Source: Octopus sinensis
Lineage: Eukaryota
DNA: 64,000 nt
Assembly (NCBI RefSeq): GCF_006345805.1
Contig: NC_042999.1
Span: 13,640,001-13,704,000, forward strand
Reading direction: 5' to 3'
Shown piece by piece: positions 57,608 to 64,000 of the stretch (position 1 is the stretch's first letter; each line of letters opens with the position of its first letter). Under the pieces are notes generated by a model. It was not told the origin of the DNA, did not search any database, and saw only the letters and a program-made list of their open reading frames with translations. The position numbers and the translations under genes are program-made.

Positions 57608-60600
57608 GTGAGTGTGTGTGTGTGTGTGTGTGTGTATCCTTATTCATATATGCTAAACTTTATATATATGTGCTCAACTGGTACTTATTTTATTGACCCC
57701 GAAAGGTTGAAAGGCAAAGTTGACAACAACAGAATTTGAAACCCAAAACTTAAAAAGTTAGAAGAAACACTGCAAAACATCTTGACCAACACACTAACAA
57801 TTCAGCCACGTCACCGCCTTAATTAGACTGGAATTAATAATAGTACACAAGAAGTAAGAGTATGAAGAAAGTAATTATTAATGCCATTAGCAATTGTAAA
57901 TTGCAAGTAATTAAAAGAATTAAATAATTATTTGGAATTATTGTGCAAAGCATCTGTTAAAGGAATAATGTTGCATTGCCAAGAAAACATTAGCAACGAA
58001 GAGAATTATTAGCAAATTGGAGAGAATTATTAGCAACAGAATGTGAGTGTATGCAATAAGCTTTTGGCAAATGTGCAAGCGGAGTTTAACCCTTTAGCAT
58101 TAAAGCTGGCCTCATCGGGCCCCAATCTTCAAACTGATCGCATCTGACTTCTCACACCGACCCCATCATGCCATTCTAAAAGTATACAATCACATCGTTG
58201 AAATTGCAAAGCTATGAGATAATGCATCATTAATTGAAGACCATGTGAATAAATAGGGATTAGGCTTGAAATATAATCCGAATGCTAAAGGGTTAAGCTA
58301 TGAAGTAGTCAGAGATTATAAGAGGTTTTGGTAACACCATTAAGGATAAATGGCCAACAGTGAGGGAACAAAAGTGAGAGAAAGAGACTAAGCAAAAAAG
58401 ATCAAGATTTTTTTAGAAAAGGTGCAAAAATGATGAGAAATTTATTTTTAAAAGTAGCATTCTTAAGTAAGAGAAAAATGACCCCAAAATTATAAAGGTT
58501 TATATTTGGTGTTAGTTAATGAGTTAAAAGTATATTTAATGCTAAATTAGGGAAAGAGATAAAATGAAAGAAAAAAAAAAAAGATGAATTTGCAGTAGAA
58601 ATAATCACCATTTTACCATTAATCCTCTTTTTCCCATCCTAAAAAGAAAAGGAAAAGCAAAAAGGCTAATAAAAGCAACAGAGATGTTAAAGAAAAGAAT
58701 AAATAAATAAAAAACATTTCTGATGTTTTTCCTGAACAGCAAAAGAAAACAAAAAAAATAAAAGAGATAAGCAATAAATAAAACATTCGTAAAAGAATGC
58801 AAGAGGGAAAAAACGGTCATATAGAATATATAAATTAATTAGTCATGATTGTTGCTTTCCCCTTAAGCAAGGATTTCAACTCACAACGATAAAGTCATCA
58901 AACTAGAATATATTATTTATATATTATAAATATTAATTACATCCGTCGTTCAATGTATATAATTAACCTAACTCAACCAAATAAAAGAAAATACATTTTA
59001 TGTAAAGTACAAGAGTGGCTTTGTGATTAAAAAGTTTGTTTCTCCAACCACATGGTTTCAGGTTCAGTCCCTCTGCGTGGCACCTTGGACAGATGTCTTC
59101 TACAATAGCCCTAGGCCAACCAGAGCTTTGTGAGTGGATTTGGTAGATGGAAACTGAAAAATGCCCGTCATGTATGTGTGTCTGTGTGTGTCCACTACCA
59201 AAGCCTTGTGAGTGGATTTGGTAAATGAAAACTGAAAGAAGCCTGTCATGTGTGTGTATGTTTGTTTGTGTTGCCTTGTTTTGACATCATTTAATCTTTT
59301 TTATACCAAACCACTCCTGGTTCTACCACACCAACTTCCCATTTTAAAGTGATCTAAATTAAAACACTCCATCAAACTTTCATATTAATTTGTATTACAT
59401 AAACCAGTTTTTTTTTTCTCTCTAGTTTCAGCTCAGAGCTGCGACCATGCTGGTGCACAGCCATTAAAAGGAAGAGAAAGTTGTGACAAAAGAGTCAGCA
59501 GAAGTTCGCCATTACCTTTTGCCGGAGACACGTGGAGCTTAGGTGTTTCGCTCATACACACACACATATCGCCTGGTCTGAGATTCGAACCTGCAATACC
59601 TCGACCGCAAGTCCGCTGCTCTAACCACTAGGCCATGAGCGTATGTTTAATAACGATCATGTTATTTTACTGAATTCTTTATTATTGTAAAAATTAATCG
59701 AAACAAGGATTTTGTCTTTCAAAGCGAATATGGTAACAAAAGAGTTAATTGCAGTAAATGAATGGCATTCATGTCCAATATTCTGTGGAACATGTCTGGC
59801 CATCGAGAAATATTACTTTGCAAGGAAGCAAGTTACAGTTAGCAATAGAAAAGCCATCTGGCCACAGAAAATCAGCTTCAATATACTCCACCTTACCCAT
59901 GTATGCGTAAGAAAGTAGATGTTAAAATAATAATCAAACAAACATCAGCTAGAAAAGTAAAAAATAGATAATTAAAACTTTTTATATGTTTTATACATTT
60001 AATATATTTCTTTATTAGCCACACAGGGCTGCACACAGATGGGACAAATTACAAAGCAGAGCTTTTCTTTTTGGGGAGAGGAAAAGAAATGTGGGGTAGG
60101 TTTTCGATTAAAAGGGATTGTAAAAAGGAAAGAAAAAAAAACTATCAATAGGGATCGTGTATCACAGAAATGTCATGATGTAAAGTGTAAAGGGTGAAGC
60201 AGATAAAGTTTATCTGTGGAAAAAAAAGCCTTCGGAAAAGACCACGGTAACCTCGGTCAATAATGTCACATGTTAACACATTTATTTGCAAGTAAGTAAC
60301 TCTCTGTTTTATACATTTACTACACTCATTCTATACACCCATTCTTCATACTCACTAACCAGACATTCTCTCGAAACCAACACAGGTGTTTTCCTTGTTC
60401 TTGATAAGTATAATTTTTCTTGTAGACCACAATATAAAGTGTGGATCGCATACAAAAGTAGAACCTGTTGATTCTTATACGGAATGGTAAGTGGCTTAAC
60501 CCTTTCGTTACTGTATTTATTTTGAGATGCTCTGTGGTTCTTTCAATTACATTAAATCATCATCATCATCATCATCATCGTTTAGCGTCCGCTTTCCATG

Positions 60601-61309
60601 CTAGGATGGGTTGGACGGTTCAACTGGGGTCTGGGAAGCCCGAAGGCTGCACCAGGCCCAGTCTGATCTGGCAATGTTTCTACGGCTGGATGCCCTTCCT
60701 AACGCCAACCACAACCTCTCCATGAGTGTAGTGGGTGCTTTTTAATGTGCCACCGGCACAGGTGCCCGACAAGGCTGGCAAACGGCCATGATCGGATGGT
60801 GCTTTTTACGTGCCACTGGCATGGAGGCCAGGCGAGGCTGGCAATGGCCACGATCGGATGGTGCTTTTTACGTGCCACCGGCACAGAAGCCAGTTGGGGC
60901 GGGGGCAGTCAAAGAATTTAGTAAAATTGCTTGGTTATCATTAAGCTAGTGTTAGGAACATAAATTGTGACTAAGGTTTGGTGGAAGATTTTAATTCAAA
61001 ACTTATGTAAATAAGACATTTGTACTTAGAGCCAGAGCCGGTTTCAGGCGGGTTGGTAACGAAAAGGTTGAATGTGAATTAATTCAATACAGGCTGCTAA
61101 TGGAGACTTGAGCATTGCTATAAGAATTTGGAAGAAGGGTTTCCATTATTTCCCTAAGTAGAGGAGAAAGTTGTTTAAAAAAGAGGCTATTAATTGAGTT
61201 TATTAAATCTGGTGGGAGAGAAAGCAAAGATGACCTAGCAGGATTTGAACTCATAACAGAGTCATGGGTGAATGTAGGTAGTGTAACTGTGTGTGTAGAT
61301 ACATAGATA

Positions 61310-61863
61310 TGAACATATACACAAACTTACATACATACATATATATATATGCACACAAAGATATATATATATATATACACATACATGAATATACATATAT
61401 AAATATATACACATACACACAAATATACATATATATATACACATACACAAAATATACATATATATATATACACATACACACAAATATACATATATATATA
61501 CACATACACACAAATATACATATATATATATACACATACACAAATATACATATATATATACACAAATATACATATATATGTACACATACACAAATATATA
61601 TATATATATATATATACACATACACAAATATACATATATATATATACATACACAAATATACATATATATATACATACACAAATATACATATATATATACA
61701 TACATACACAAATATACATATATATATACACATACACAAATATACATATATATATATACACATACACAAATATACATATATATATATACACATACACAAA
61801 TATACATATATATATATACACATACACAAATATACATATATATATATACACACACACACATAT

Positions 61864-61910
<47 letters not shown>

Positions 61911-61975
61911 ATCATATATAAATATACATTATTTATATATAAACATATACATTATGTGTGTGTGTGTGTGTGTGT
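61310..61975. repeat. Minisatellite built from microsatellites, unit about CATACACAAATATACATATATATATA (24-28 bp)
   Basis: A regularly recurring CACAAATATAC anchor is separated by variable (TA)n. It is followed by further CA/TA compound tracts at 62680-63400. Confidence 0.92.
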
Positions 61976-62168
61976 GTGTCTATATAGAATAACCTGGAGA
62001 CAGGATGTGGCTAACGACAATCATATGAGCAGTAATTAATCAAAATTAGAGATACTCGTGACATGACAACTCTCTTTATCATGAATGAAACTTAATGGAC
62101 AGCATGCCTCTTGGCTGTCTCTTGCACACACACACACACACATAATATCATGTTGTATTGTATGCATG

Positions 62169-62500
62169 TGAAGGCACATGGCTTAGTGGTTACGGTATTA
62201 AGCTGACAAACAAAGTCATGAGTTCAAATCCCAGCAGCACAATGTGTCCCTGAGCAAGACCCTTTATTTCACGTCGTTCCTGTCTACACACCAGACAGAA
62301 ATGGGTTGAACCTGTATTTCAAAGGGGCCAACCTTGTTATCTTCCATGTCACCACCTTGAATCTCATTGAGAACTACATTAAGGGTACACGGGTCTGTGG
62401 TGTACTCAACCACTTGCACATTAATTTCAAGAGCAGGTTGTTCCGTTGATCGGATCAAGTGCGACCCCTGTTGTTGAAACTGACAGAGTTCCCACAGATT
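62169..62500 (+). mobile_element. Older tRNA-headed SINE
   Basis: Head GTGAAGGCACATGGCTTAGTGGTTA...GAGTTCAAATCCC, followed by GTGTCCCTGAGCAAGACCCTTTATTTCAC. The head is similar to that of the 45080-45327 SINE. Confidence 0.65.
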
Positions 62501-62681
62501 ATGTGCACAGGCAAGCTGATGCCAGAGTGTTAATCCTTTTCTAATCTTCATATTTTGGTAAATATTGTAGTTCCACTCATTCTCTGAGATTTCTTACCAT
62601 CACTGCTGCAAGACCTCATTAATAATTGCAGCAGGAGTGGCATTTAACTGTTCAGCATCATTTCTTTTTTCAGTGGGAGAT

Positions 62682-62718
<37 letters not shown>

Positions 62719-63005
62719 TACATATATTTACACACACATCTGTACATATACAAACATACAAATATAAACGCACATAGATATACATACACACACACATATA
62801 TATACAAAAATACTTATACACACACACACATATACATACACAAATACTTATACATACACACACACATATATATACATGCATATCTATACATATATATGAA
62901 GATACACACACACACACACATTCATATATATATATATAAAGATACACACACACACACATTCATATATATATATATATATATATAGATACACACACACACA
63001 CATTC

Positions 63006-63039
<34 letters not shown>

Positions 63040-63268
63040 ATACATACACATACATATCTATACACATAGACACATAATAACACATCTACATCAAGATATA
63101 TATACACACACATTTATAACATTTATTAAAAGTCACTCCCATGTTTATCTTCTTTTCATGTTTACTCCCTAGGATATATATATATATGTATGCGTGTGTG
63201 TGTGTATATGTATGTATATATATATATGTGTGTGTATATATATATATGTGTGTGTGTGTATATGTATG

Positions 63269-63317
<49 letters not shown>

Positions 63318-63489
63318 ATATATATATATATATACATATATACATACATATACATACATACATAGACACACATGCAAACAGACAGATACATACATGTGTG
63401 TGAGAGAGAGTGAAAAGTTCTAAATATGACAGCAGAACAACAAATAGAAATTCTAAGAGTCAACCGAATGAATACAAAACTCTATTCCC

Positions 63490-63835
63490 ATCTTTGAAAT
63501 GTCTGATATATAGAAAAGGTGAAAGCTTCTCAACCATGCACCCGCTGCAAACTGCAGGTGCACAAGAGATGCAGTGAGATCACAAACAGGCCAAGAGACA
63601 AGTGGTGCTTGGCAAGAAGATATATGCCGAAGTAGTGAAAGGAATTCTTTCAACTGCAAAAATGGTCTCCTGTCCATATTTGGCAGCTTCTGTGATGAAG
63701 CTGGGGCAGTGGATGTTCCAAAAGAATGGTAACCAGGATAAGAACAGGATGGAGAGGTATTCAGGAAGCTATCATCTCTGCTGCTTACACAGAAGTTCTC
63801 TTTCCAGTTGAAGGCCAGACTGTAATATAAGTTAA
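63490..63835 (+). mobile_element. Heavily decayed RTE-clade LINE fragment
   Basis: QVHKRCSEIT (63555-63585) and ...FRKLSSLLLTQKFSFQLKARL parallel the 34900-35480 element. Confidence 0.6.
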
Positions 63836-64000
63836 TGTACTTTTTAGGTTTTAGTTTTCATTTGTCTGTTATTAGATTGTGGCAATGCAAGAGTACAACC
63901 TTGAAGAATTTTTAGTCAAATGAATCAACCCCCAGTACTTATTTGAATTTTTTAAACCATAGTACTTATTCTATTGGTGTCTTTGCCCTACTATTAAGTC

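Overview
AT-rich, microsatellite- and SINE-saturated animal genomic DNA. It is most likely a coleoid cephalopod, probably Octopus; this is an inference from the repeat landscape, not from a database search. The whole window lies inside one minus-strand gene, a GAF-domain cyclic-nucleotide phosphodiesterase of the PDE11 (PDE5/6/11) family. Six exons with canonical AG/GT ends (42135-42074, 30278-30212, 22205-22158, 16781-16638, 12069-11926, 7014-6868) splice into one 204-codon open frame covering the GAF-B C-terminal half and the start of the catalytic domain. The gene runs off both ends of the window. The introns hold several tRNA-headed SINE families, many 5'-truncated RTE-type 3' tails, decayed RTE, R4/Dong, L1/Tx1, Penelope and mariner coding remnants, non-autonomous Helitrons, a HINE-like element, piggyBac- and hAT-like MITEs, a 42-bp minisatellite and long simple repeats. 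Most ORFs in the supplied track are repeat artefacts. The most interesting signals are: (1) a highly structured ~350-bp tandem repeat carrying a type-I hammerhead ribozyme motif in each unit (retrozyme-like); (2) a tRNA-headed element whose tail contains a Penelope-type minimal hammerhead and which inserts with TSDs and an inverted copy of its own end; (3) a foldback transposon with an exact 8-bp TSD that encloses degenerate (TTAGGG)n; (4) short elements that share their 3' tails with local Tx1 and R4/Dong LINEs.
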